From positions 32,001 through 96,000 of the IMG/VR virus record IMGVR_UViG_3300031718_000001: a stretch of 64,000 nt of DNA; one strand, given 5' to 3'. A model generated the notes under the pieces. That model saw nothing but the letters and a program-made list of their open reading frames with translations, was not told the origin of the DNA and did not search any database. Of the stretch, positions 33,674 through 47,722 are shown one piece after another (position 1 is the first letter of the stretch; each line of letters begins with the position of its first letter). The DNA is from a virus. The position numbers and the translations under genes are program-made.

Positions 33674-35581
33674 TTGCTCACCTCCGCCATACCCGGCTAC
33701 GCCGAGCCGGGTGCGTTCGGCCCAGGACTGCTCGCCTTCGTCCCGGGCGCAGCCACCCTGTCGGGATCAGGGTCGCTCAGCGGTGCCTGGTACTTCGGCG
33801 GGGCAGCGTCGCTGTCCGGGTCGGGCACGCTCACCGCCCCGCCCAGGATCATCATCCCGGGCGTAGCAGTCCTGTCGGGGTCCGGAACGCTCACAGCCGC
33901 GGGCGACCTGGAGGGCGCAGCCAGCCTGTCCGGATCGGGTTTGATGTCCGGAACCGGCCAGAAGGAGGTGCCGGGGGGCGCCGCGCTGTCGGGCTCGGGC
34001 ACCCTCGGCGCGACCGGTGCCTTTGCCGGATCGGCGTTGCTGTCGGGCTCCGGCTCGATGACGGCGGCCGGCCAGAAGACGGTCCCGGGTGCTGCCGGGC
34101 TGAGCGGTGCCGGCTCGATGACGGCCGCAGGCTCCTTTGCCGGCGCAGCCAGCCTGTCCGGATCAGGGTCGCTCGCGGCCACCGGGCAGAAGAAGGTACC
34201 TGGCGCGGCTGCCCTGTCGGGGTCCGGCACGCTGGCGGGGAGTGCGGTCTTCACCGGGTCTGCTGCGCTTGATGGCACAGGCTCCCTGGGCGGCACTGGC
34301 ACGACCGGGATACCTGGCGCGGCAGCGCTGTCGGGCACTGGCACGCTCACCGGAGCGGGCCAGCTTGCCGGAGCGGCTGCGCTGAGCGGCACTGGCACGC
34401 TGAGCGCAGCCGGGCAGAAGGCCGTACCCGGAGCAGCCGGCCTCAGCGGTACTGGCACGCTCGGAGCTGCCGGCTCGTTCGCTGGCGCAGCCAGCCTGTC
34501 CGGTACTGGCACGCTGGCTGGCACGGGCCAGAAGTCCGTGCCAGGAGCTGGCGCGCTCAGTGGCACGGGCACGCTCGGGGCGGCCTGGGAGTTCGAGGGC
34601 GCGGCCTCGCTCAGCGGCTCCGGCTCGGTATCTGCGGCTGGGCAGAAGGCCGTGCCAGGCTCGGCCGGGCTGTCTGGCACGGGCACGCTGACGGCCGCGG
34701 GCCAGAAGCTGGTGCCGGGCGCGGCGGCACTGTCCGGGTCGGGCACCCTGACCGCTGGCGTGAACGCGGCCACCCCCGGCGCAGCCGCGCTGTCCGGGTC
34801 CGGGTCGATGCTGGCTGCCGGCGGCGTCATCATCCCCGCCAGCGCCGCCCTGGCGGGCTCTGGCAGCCTCAGCGCGGCCGGGTACCGGACTGTCCAGGGC
34901 ACGGCCGCCCTGGCTGCTGCGGCCGTGCTGACGGCCGCTGCGGCACGTACCGCGGAAGCCGCTGCCACCCTGGCGGGTAGCGGCTACCTCACCGGTTCGG
35001 GTACCGAGGACCTGCCGGGGGCCGCGAGCCTGGTGGGTAACGGCAGCCTGGGAGCTGCCGGCCAGAAGTCCGCGCCCGCTTCGGCTGCCCTGGCCGGCAC
35101 CGGGTCGATGGCGGCCGGAGGGCACCGGACAGTTCCCGCCCAGGCGGGATTCCAGGCCACTGCGACACTGACGGCCGCCGGAACACCAGTGCGCACGGCG
35201 TCGGCCGCGCTGTCCGCCATGCCCAGGATGACCGGGACGGGATCGATCGCCGCCCGGTCGGACATGGCCGCGAGCCCCCGGCTGACTGCCTCCGGGCAGG
35301 TCCTGAAGGTGGCCCAGGCCACCCTGGCGACGGTAGCCGGGCTGACGGCTACCGCATCAGGCGGCCCGGACGTGGCATCGCTGTGGGCCGTATATGCCCA
35401 GGCTGCGGCACGGGCCGCGAGTGCCTGGGAGGCCTGGAGCGAGATGAAGCTGGCAGGCGGCACAACCGGATCGGCGGGCCAGCTCTACGGGACCGCCTAC
35501 GAGGCGCAGATGGCAGCAGACCAGGCCTATGCTGCGTACGTGACTGCCCAGGGTCAGCAGACGGCGGGGGCCAGAGGCTGA
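33674..35581 (+). CDS. Gly/Ala/Ser repeat fibre-like virion protein
   Basis: More than 20 tandem GAA(A/S/G)LSG(S/T)G(S/T)L repeats. Confidence 0.75.
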   Translation: MLTSAIPGYAEPGAFGPGLLAFVPGAATLSGSGSLSGAWYFGGAASLSGSGTLTAPPRIIIPGVAVLSGSGTLTAAGDLEGAASLSGSGLMSGTGQKEVPGGAALSGSGTLGATGAFAGSALLSGSGSMTAAGQKTVPGAAGLSGAGSMTAAGSFAGAASLSGSGSLAATGQKKVPGAAALSGSGTLAGSAVFTGSAALDGTGSLGGTGTTGIPGAAALSGTGTLTGAGQLAGAAALSGTGTLSAAGQKAVPGAAGLSGTGTLGAAGSFAGAASLSGTGTLAGTGQKSVPGAGALSGTGTLGAAWEFEGAASLSGSGSVSAAGQKAVPGSAGLSGTGTLTAAGQKLVPGAAALSGSGTLTAGVNAATPGAAALSGSGSMLAAGGVIIPASAALAGSGSLSAAGYRTVQGTAALAAAAVLTAAAARTAEAAATLAGSGYLTGSGTEDLPGAASLVGNGSLGAAGQKSAPASAALAGTGSMAAGGHRTVPAQAGFQATATLTAAGTPVRTASAALSAMPRMTGTGSIAARSDMAASPRLTASGQVLKVAQATLATVAGLTATASGGPDVASLWAVYAQAAARAASAWEAWSEMKLAGGTTGSAGQLYGTAYEAQMAADQAYAAYVTAQGQQTAGARG

Positions 35582-35587
35582 ACATGG

Positions 35588-35620
35588 AAGAACCCCGGTC
35601 CCCTCTAAACCGGGGTTCTT
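35588..35620. terminator. Bidirectional hairpin terminator between convergent genes
   Basis: AAGAACCCCGGT...ACCGGGGTTCTT inverted repeat. Confidence 0.7.
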
Positions 35621-35636
35621 TGACTAGCTAACGGGC

Positions 35637-36404
35637 CTATTCAACCTCCAGGACTACGAGCCGGCCCCTGGGCATCATCTGCGCGAAATACTGGGGCCAC
35701 GTGCTCATCGTCGGGTCCTGCCAGACCACCTTCCCATCGTGCTTGACGGCGATGCCGCCCGAGTCGGGGTCGTGCAGGACAAAGGTGATGGTTACCGGCT
35801 GGCTGCCTTCTTCTGGCGGTCTCGTGCTCTGGCTGCCTGCCATTTCCCTCCCTAGCTACCCTTCGGCGCCGGACCTCCCGGCGCGTTCCACATCGGCCCG
35901 GTGCCATTCCTCCAGGCACTGGCGCGAGCAGAACAGGTAGGTCTCTTCCTGGCCATCTTCTCTTTCGACATCAATCGCCCACGGATGGTCACCGAGAATC
36001 TCGTAGCAGGAGATGCCCTTGCAGATGTGCACGGGGCGGGCTTCGCGCGGTCCCCGGCGCAGCAGCTCGGCGCGCTCTTCCTCCTCGACAAGCTGCGCCC
36101 AGGTCTTGCCGTCGGCGGAGAACGGGTCCATCCGCTGGACTGGCGGGGCCTGGGTGACCCGCGGGGTTGCCGGGGCCGGCAGTTGCGGCCGAGCCCGTGG
36201 CGGCTCGATCTCGCGGATGACCATCCTGGTGTGGTGACCGAGCCCGCGGATGAACGCGAACAGGATGGCCGTCATGGCGATGATGGCGGCGAAGATTCCG
36301 ATCACCACGATCAGCACATGACCGTGGACCATGCGCAGAAGGCCCTCGGCCGCCATGTAGACGACGAGGGCCACGATTCCTGCGACGGTGAGCCAGAGCC
36401 TCAC
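35637..36404 (-). other. Two minus-strand genes inserted in the structural module (35637-35843; 35856-36404 with 2 TM helices and a TRASH-like YLFCS..C motif)
   Basis: Own promoter box at 36461. Confidence 0.6.
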
Positions 36405-36536
36405 GATTTGTCCCTTAATGCCGGGTTTCCGGCTGTCCGTTCCTTGCTCCTCTCCTTAAGTTAGCAAGAAAGCCTGTAACGAGCAAGTCTCCGCTGCCAT
36501 TCCGGCTGAGCCCCGGAAGGATGGAGGAGGCGGTCA

Positions 36537-41201
<4,665 letters not shown>

Positions 41202-41208
41202 GAGGCCC

Positions 41209-42434
41209 ATGTTCCCCTACCGCATCGACATGGCGACGCAGGAGGAGATCGACGGCGACCCGTTCGGCGGCGCCGGGGTGTTCCTCTCGCTGCCGGGCGC
41301 CAGCGGCGAGGACATCCTGGCGGCGCTGGAACGCGCGTTCGGCCGGGTAATCCCGGCCGTGGCCTGGGCTGAGCACGGCGCCTGGGCAGACTCGGGTACC
41401 GCCGGGCTGGGCAAGGACGAGCTGCTCGCCGCCTGGCACGCCCTGGTCGCCCCGTGAGCAGCACCGATGTCTTCATCGCCGCAGTCGGCGCCGTAGGCGG
41501 CCTCGGCGGCTCCTACGCCGCGATCATGTCGTACCTGAGCACCCGCGGCGACCGCCGGACGATGATGCGCAAGGAGGCCGTCGATAACGCGATCTCTGTT
41601 CAGCTAAAGCCGGTTACGGACCTCACCACTAAGCTGAGCGGGGATATCGGCACGCTGTCCCTGGACAGCCGGCGCATCAGCAGCGTCGTGGACAGGAACT
41701 CTACGGCCGTCACCGGCCTGGGGGACAGGATCACCGTCCTCGAAACGAAAATGGATGTCTTCTGGCGCAATGTCGGAGTGGAGTTGGCTCGCGTGCTGCA
41801 CAGCCCGAACCCGGCCAGGGCGCACGTTGATGCCCTGCTGGAAGCCCTGACGGAGGGGCGCCTGACGCCCGTCGAGCGCGAGGAGCTGAAGGGGCTGCTT
41901 CAGTACATCCGGGACTACCACTCAGGCGACAAGAGCGATTTCCCGATCTACGCCGGGGATCAGGTAGCTGCCGCCATCCTGCTGCAAACGATGCTCTTCG
42001 TCGGAGCCGGGAAGACATAGAAAGTCACTTAAGGGGGACTGATGGATCACGGAACGGAGCAGGACGAGTCCGTCCTCGCCAGGACCGCCACTGCGCAGGT
42101 GGCCACGCTGAGGAAGGCGGTCAACCGCTACCGGATATTTGTCATCTTTCTCGGCGTGGTCTGTGCCGCCCTGCTCGCCGGCGGCCTCCTGCTCTGGAAG
42201 ACGTACGACAGTACCCAGTCCGTGGTGGAACGGCAGAGCCAGCAGGACTATGCCAGTTGCGTAGCCGGCAACACCTACCGCTCTGGTAGCGAGCAGATCT
42301 GGGATCATTTCTTCAGCCTGCTCGTGACGAAGAGCACCCCGAAGTCGGCTGTCGCAGAGGTGCACGGGTTCCTGTCCTACATCGCCAAGGTCGAGGCGCT
42401 GCGCGACTGCAAGCCGCTGCTCAACGGGAGCTGA
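41209..42434 (+). other. Three genes (41209-41457; 41454-42020 and 42042-42434, each with a TM helix); possibly lysis/membrane related
   Basis: Hydrophobic segments; coupled starts. Confidence 0.55.
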
Positions 42435-42531
42435 CTGGCCCTCTGGTCTGTATTGCTCAATACAGGGTTTCTTGCTATTGTTAGGCACGTAACCACGAGT
42501 AGCGAGCACAGCAGAGACGAGGAAGTTCCCG

Positions 42532-43170
42532 ATGATCAACGAGATCCAGGACCAGATGGCGGAAATCCGCCGGCTAGCCGGCATCAAGCGCCACAGCCTC
42601 CAGCGGGACATGGTAGACGGATCCCACACCCTGAGCAGCGCCCAGATGCGCATGGTGCTCGCTCACCTGAGCAAGTGCCCGGACCTCCCGATGGCCCCCA
42701 AGCCCGCAGTGCCGGCCGCCCAGCCCCCGGGTAGCGCCTACATCTCCGGCCCGGCCGGGTCCGGCGAGGCCCGTATCCGGCAGGGGCCGGCTGCCCGCAC
42801 CACCCTGCCGACCCTGGCCGACCTCAAGGACGTTCCGGCCGGCTACTTCGCCACCGACTCGCGTACCGGCAACAACGACCTCGACTTCTGGCGGGTGGAT
42901 AAGCCGGCGAAGGGCAAGTGGGCCGGCTACTCGTTCGCCGTCCGGATCCTCGGCGGCGGCGACGGCAGCTCGATGCGCACCATCAAGCTGGACAACATCC
43001 AGATGCGGCTCGCCCTGGTGGCCATCCGCGCGGCCGGGTTCGAGGAGGCAGGCGACGCGTTCGCCGACGCCATCCGCCGCTGCAAGAAGTGCGGCCTGGT
43101 CCTTACCGATGAGCTGTCGCGCGAGCGTCGCATGGGCATGAGCTGCTGGAAGAAGTACGGCCAGAACTGA
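42532..43170 (+). CDS. DUF6011-like Zn-binding protein
   Basis: C-terminal CKKCG..LTD..S...MG..C; own promoter box at 42459. Confidence 0.7.
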   Translation: MINEIQDQMAEIRRLAGIKRHSLQRDMVDGSHTLSSAQMRMVLAHLSKCPDLPMAPKPAVPAAQPPGSAYISGPAGSGEARIRQGPAARTTLPTLADLKDVPAGYFATDSRTGNNDLDFWRVDKPAKGKWAGYSFAVRILGGGDGSSMRTIKLDNIQMRLALVAIRAAGFEEAGDAFADAIRRCKKCGLVLTDELSRERRMGMSCWKKYGQN

Positions 43171-43244
43171 GCAACTAACCCCGAGGTGATGCCCACCTCC
43201 CGGTCGCCCCCAGAAGGAAAGAAGGGCGACCGGGAGGTGGGCAT

Positions 43245-46200
43245 TTGCGTAAGTACGCAAGCCTGGAAGTGCTGGAGTCCTGGCGGGTTCCGCAGCAGGC
43301 AGGTCCCGCTGGCCTGCGGAAGGCGGCCCACCGGGTCGCGTTCGACTACACGCCGCGGGCCGGGTATCTCTACGTCCGGTCGAGGATGATCTCCTCCCGG
43401 ACCAACGACAACCATGACACCTTCCCCGCAGGCGAGATCGAAAAGGGATACCGGACGTTCCTGGGCAAGCCGGTATTCATCAACCACCACAACGCAAATC
43501 ACCGGCGCGCTCGCGGGGTGGTCGTCGCTGTCGCCCTGCACCGTGACCGCAACCCGGACAAGAGCCCCGACACCTGGGTCGAGGGGCTGATGGAGATCGA
43601 CGCCCAGCGCTTCCCGAAACTGGCCCAGGCAATCCTGGCGGGCAAGGTCAACCGCACCAGCATGGGCGTCGATGTCGAGTGGTCGCGCTGCTCAGCATGC
43701 GGGAACAAGGCCACCTCCCCGGCTGAGTACTGCCACCACCTGCCAGCACTCAAGGGCAAGAAGATCCGCAAGACCAACCCGGCTACCGGCAAGGTCGAGG
43801 AGCGGCTGATCCACGAGATCTGCGCCGGGTTGTCGTTCTTCGAGAACTCGCTGCTGGTCGAGGAGCCGGCTGACCCATCGGCTTATGTCCTTGATGCACC
43901 TGATGCACGTGGTCTACGAGGTATGTCAGGGTTCGACGTGACTCCACGTACGGCCAGCGCGGATCGAGGCGATGGCCTGGTCACTCACTCCGTACCGGCG
44001 GCCAATGTCCCCCAGGGTGAGCTGCCCTCTTCGTGTGCTTCCCTTCCCAACCGCCACCTGGGGAAGCAGTTCACGCTTGATAACCCGAACGTCTGCTTCG
44101 GTAAGCGTGGCGAACGGGTTCCTGGAGCCCGGCAGGCTGCGCCCCTTGGCCACCATGTCGGCGGAGTTGAAGGCGTTGGTGCCCAGGAGCCAGTGCAGGG
44201 GGTTCATGCACGGTTTCCAGTCGCAGGCGTGGCAGACCACCTGGCCCGGCGGAATGGGACCGCGCACCAGTCTCCATCCGTACCGGTGAGCACGGACACT
44301 CGACCGCTTCGAGTCCGACAGCGAGAAGCGCGGGTATCCGCTGTCAAAGAATCCTCCCGTCCACGGGTTGCAGAATCCCGGTCCAGCCGTGAAGTCGATC
44401 GAGGCGAAGTACCGCTCGATCTCCGGGGCCGTCCTTATGAAGCGTCCGTCCAGTTCGGACCTGCTGACCATGGTGTTAATACTACCGCCTACTTCCTGGG
44501 CCGGCCCGATGCCCGCGGCCTGGACAAGACGGCCGCGGCCAAGCGCGAAGGCGGCGACCACCCGTTCTTCAAGGAACACCCGGTAAGCGCTGCCAATATC
44601 GTTGCCGCTTACCACGACACCACCGACGACGAGAAGTCCCTCGGCGACCGGTGGTATGCCGATGCCCACCACGTCGCAAAGGGGATCGCCGGAGGAGATG
44701 CAGCCAAGGGAGCCGGGCTGCTGTCCGCCTACTCACCGCAGACGGCATGGCCGGTCAACATGTTCAACGCCAGCCGGGCGGCTCAGGGCGATCCGCCTGG
44801 ACCCGGCAGCGGCGCCATGGGCACGCAGCAGAAGTCGGCGATGCACATCCTCGGCGGCGAGCATCACTCGCAGGTGCTGAAGGCCCCGAAGACAGCCGCC
44901 TTCGCTCACCTGATCGAGCACGGCGGAGATACGGCGGCCGACGAGAAGAACGGCACGCACAAGGTCGTTGTTGACCGGCACGCGCTGTCGGTCGCCGTCG
45001 GCCGCCGCCTGGGCAAGGAGGAAGGCAGCAAGGCTCCGCTCGGCCAGACCCAGCACTACGAGCACGTCGCCCAGGCCTACCGCGATGCAGCAAGCCTCCT
45101 GTCCGATGCCACCGGGCGGAAGATCAGCCCGCACCAGGTTCAGGCCGCTACCTGGCTGCGCCAGATCCGCAAGAACCATGAAGAGGACAACTCCGGCAAG
45201 GGCGGCGGAGGCCTCGGAGCCGGCCGCGGCCGGGTGCAGATGCAGAACAACTCCAAGACCAGGTGGGAGCAGCATCACAAGCAGCACCATCCCGGCGGTA
45301 TCGCCGAGGAGAACATGCACTATCACGGCAGGCGGGTGCTGGCCTACGGCGAGACCCGGGTGCCGCCGCAGGTGGACACACTGCGAATGGAGGAGTGCCC
45401 GGTCTGCGGCGAGCACGACGTGTGGTCCGGCGAACGCTGCCCCGTGTGCGGATTCATCGTCCCGCCCAGCCTGTTCCGCGATCCCGACGTGACCAAGGCC
45501 CAGCAGGTCCGCCAGGAGCTGGACCAGGAGGGCGAGGTCGTCACCCAGCCGGGCGCTCCCGGTGACCCGGCCACGCAGCAGATCGGCTCCGGCGAGGATG
45601 CCGACAACCAGCTCATGAACCCGGACCAGGTAGCCCCCGACGGGACGCCAGGCGTCCAGGGCGAGGGCGGCCCGGTGCCCGCGGCTGACACAGACGGGCT
45701 GCCGCCGCTAGCCCAGCAGGGCGAGCCAGGTGACACGGGCGAAGAGGCTCAGGACGAGCAGGCCGAGGAGGACGAGGAGGCTGACGCCGAAGAGGAGGCC
45801 GAGGGCCAGGAGCTGGAAAACCAGGGCGAGGAAGCCCAGCCCGGCGTGCAGCCGGACCTCATGTGCTCCGCGTGCGGGGCCGCTTTCGCGACCGATATGG
45901 CCGCCCAGCCGGGTACGCCGTGCCCGGCCTGCCGCCAGGGGTCGCTGCAACCTGCGGGTGGACCCCCAGAAGGTACAGAAGACCCCGACGCCGAGGACGA
46001 AGAGGACGAGGACGAAGAGATGGCAGGAAGCAAGACGGGCGCCGCGCTCGCTCGCGCTCAGTCGCACCGTATCGCCGTCCTGACCGCCGAGAACGAGGTC
46101 CTGACGGAGCAGCTCCGCTTCCTCGCCTCGGCCGCGGGCGTAGACCGGCACCTGGACGCGATCCGCTCGCAGGTGCTCCGCAGGCACGCGGATGTGCTCA

Positions 46201-46985
46201 ACCCGGCCAGCCCCGTGCCGGACCCGCCCGAGGCCCCGGCAACCGAGAGCACCGAGCAGGCGCTCCAGCCGCTGGCCCAGGATGACCCGTCGCGGCCGGG
46301 TGCCACGCCGGGCGCCAACGCCGGGGTCGCAGCCGAGCAGATGACTACGGCGATCACGCCGGGAGTCGAGATGCAGACTCCGCCGGCCACCAACCTGATC
46401 GACGTGACGGCACCGGTCACCGGCACCAACCCGAGCCAGGACGGCGGCGTGCCGATCCAGCAGCGGCGGATCGAGACCGATGTGAGGGTCGATCCTGATC
46501 CGCTGAAGGCTCACGGGCCTGGCATCGGCGGCCTGGGCGACAACGGCGCCGCCTTCCCCTGGATGCTGGAGGCCCAGCAGCCGCAGGGCCAGCAGCGCCA
46601 GGGGGTTCAGACCGGCCAGGGGATGCGCGCTGCTGCGCTCAATGGCGGCAGTCACCTCGCTCCGCCGGATGAGGCAGCCACCGCCAACCGGACGTTCGCC
46701 TCGATCCGGCTGGCCAGGCTGCGGATCGCCACCGGCTCGGTGCAGGGCGATGAGCTGATGGTCGCCGAGCGGATCGAGAAGGACGCCTCGCTGCCGACGG
46801 CGCTGATCGAGCACGAGATCGCGGTGCTGTCCCGGATGCCGCAGCAGCCGGCCTACCCGCAGCAGCGGCAGATGCAGCGCGCCGGGGCTGCCAGGCAGGC
46901 ACCGTCGCTCGCCTCGGTCGGCGCCTCGATGGGATACGCGCCAGCGGCCATGGACGACATGGACGGCGCGGACCTCTTCCTCTGA
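43245..46985 (+). CDS. Capsid maturation protease / scaffold polyprotein with an internal DUF7178-like domain and an in-frame insertion
   Basis: N.N.D.F, F.GKPVF.NH, TSMGVDV..S.CS.C and FFENS.LVE.PADP protease motifs; position before the decoration protein and MCP. Confidence 0.85.
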   Translation: MRKYASLEVLESWRVPQQAGPAGLRKAAHRVAFDYTPRAGYLYVRSRMISSRTNDNHDTFPAGEIEKGYRTFLGKPVFINHHNANHRRARGVVVAVALHRDRNPDKSPDTWVEGLMEIDAQRFPKLAQAILAGKVNRTSMGVDVEWSRCSACGNKATSPAEYCHHLPALKGKKIRKTNPATGKVEERLIHEICAGLSFFENSLLVEEPADPSAYVLDAPDARGLRGMSGFDVTPRTASADRGDGLVTHSVPAANVPQGELPSSCASLPNRHLGKQFTLDNPNVCFGKRGERVPGARQAAPLGHHVGGVEGVGAQEPVQGVHARFPVAGVADHLARRNGTAHQSPSVPVSTDTRPLRVRQREARVSAVKESSRPRVAESRSSREVDRGEVPLDLRGRPYEASVQFGPADHGVNTTAYFLGRPDARGLDKTAAAKREGGDHPFFKEHPVSAANIVAAYHDTTDDEKSLGDRWYADAHHVAKGIAGGDAAKGAGLLSAYSPQTAWPVNMFNASRAAQGDPPGPGSGAMGTQQKSAMHILGGEHHSQVLKAPKTAAFAHLIEHGGDTAADEKNGTHKVVVDRHALSVAVGRRLGKEEGSKAPLGQTQHYEHVAQAYRDAASLLSDATGRKISPHQVQAATWLRQIRKNHEEDNSGKGGGGLGAGRGRVQMQNNSKTRWEQHHKQHHPGGIAEENMHYHGRRVLAYGETRVPPQVDTLRMEECPVCGEHDVWSGERCPVCGFIVPPSLFRDPDVTKAQQVRQELDQEGEVVTQPGAPGDPATQQIGSGEDADNQLMNPDQVAPDGTPGVQGEGGPVPAADTDGLPPLAQQGEPGDTGEEAQDEQAEEDEEADAEEEAEGQELENQGEEAQPGVQPDLMCSACGAAFATDMAAQPGTPCPACRQGSLQPAGGPPEGTEDPDAEDEEDEDEEMAGSKTGAALARAQSHRIAVLTAENEVLTEQLRFLASAAGVDRHLDAIRSQVLRRHADVLNPASPVPDPPEAPATESTEQALQPLAQDDPSRPGATPGANAGVAAEQMTTAITPGVEMQTPPATNLIDVTAPVTGTNPSQDGGVPIQQRRIETDVRVDPDPLKAHGPGIGGLGDNGAAFPWMLEAQQPQGQQRQGVQTGQGMRAAALNGGSHLAPPDEAATANRTFASIRLARLRIATGSVQGDELMVAERIEKDASLPTALIEHEIAVLSRMPQQPAYPQQRQMQRAGAARQAPSLASVGASMGYAPAAMDDMDGADLFL
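43878..44483. mobile_element. 606-nt in-frame HNH insertion carrying a recoded duplicate of its target
   Basis: AYVLDAPDARGL (A/T-ending codons, 43881) and AYFLGRPDARGL (G/C-ending codons, 44487) are 606 nt apart. Confidence 0.75.
43926..44471 (-). CDS. HNH homing endonuclease (HNH_3 type + C-terminal HTH), antisense inside the protease gene
   Basis: C..W.G....GY, AHRY.W....GPIP.G..VCHACD...C.NP.H...GT...N..DM..KGR motifs; TAGTAT -10 box 7 nt before the ATG at 44471. Confidence 0.9.
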   Translation of the reverse strand: MVSRSELDGRFIRTAPEIERYFASIDFTAGPGFCNPWTGGFFDSGYPRFSLSDSKRSSVRAHRYGWRLVRGPIPPGQVVCHACDWKPCMNPLHWLLGTNAFNSADMVAKGRSLPGSRNPFATLTEADVRVIKRELLPQVAVGKGSTRRGQLTLGDIGRRYGVSDQAIASIRAGRTWSHVEP

Positions 46986-47082
46986 TGACCTACGCCGACG
47001 TGATGCCTTTCCCGCCTCCGGCCCCGGAAGGAATAGCAGGAGGCCGGCAGGCCCCGGTCCTTGAAGAGATGAGGAAGACGCC

Positions 47083-47685
47083 GTGATCCGCACGTACCTG
47101 TCGAACGACTACGTGAAGCGCACGATCCGGCCGCTGTTCGCGTGGACGCAGGCGACGCCAAAGCCATGCTTCCTGGACCCGGCCTGGACCCGTGCTATCC
47201 CGATCTGGCCCGGCTTCGGATTCGTCCGTACCGGAGGCGACCTGGTTGCGCCGGCTGGCGCTACCAGCTCCCAGATGGGCGGCAAGACGATGAACGCCGC
47301 CACGACCCAGACCCCGGTCTACGGGCTCGGGGCGCTGTACGTCGGCGGCGACGGGATCGACGAGCTGCTGTACGCCGGCATCAATGCCTTCGCAGTCTGG
47401 GTGCTAGGACCAGATGCGGAGTTCGAGATCCTGGCTCCCGCGTTCGACGCCACGCAGACCTGGACGGACCCCTCGGACGGCTCCGGCGCCGCCCTGGTGG
47501 GCATCTCCCTGGCCGGCAGCAACCAGGGCATGCTCATCCCCTGGGCCTCCACAGGCAACGTGAGCGCGCCGGTCGCCCGGCTGCTCAAGGTCAACTCCTC
47601 CACCAAGCTCACCATCGGGGGCCTGACTGCGTTCAGCGCTGCCGAACTCGCCCTGGCCACGTCGAGCGTCACCGGCCGGGACTAA
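47083..47685 (+). CDS. Capsid decoration/cement protein
   Basis: Position immediately before the MCP; KRTIRPLFA.TQATP motif recalled from cluster C-like phages. Confidence 0.7.
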   Translation: MIRTYLSNDYVKRTIRPLFAWTQATPKPCFLDPAWTRAIPIWPGFGFVRTGGDLVAPAGATSSQMGGKTMNAATTQTPVYGLGALYVGGDGIDELLYAGINAFAVWVLGPDAEFEILAPAFDATQTWTDPSDGSGAALVGISLAGSNQGMLIPWASTGNVSAPVARLLKVNSSTKLTIGGLTAFSAAELALATSSVTGRD

Positions 47686-47722
47686 GACCCCACCACGCGG
47701 GAACGCAGGAAAGGACCCCCAG

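Noticed and set aside
43878-44483. Intein or group I intron explanation for the protease insertion
   Set aside because: There are no Cys/Ser...His-Asn intein termini, the nuclease is on the opposite strand, almost no non-coding sequence remains for a ribozyme core, and the target peptide is duplicated. Not formally excluded without a covariance search.
44472-44672. Longer 248-aa version of the HNH ORF
   Set aside because: The extension is antisense to native protease codons; the -10 box and ATG at 44471 fit a leaderless start better.
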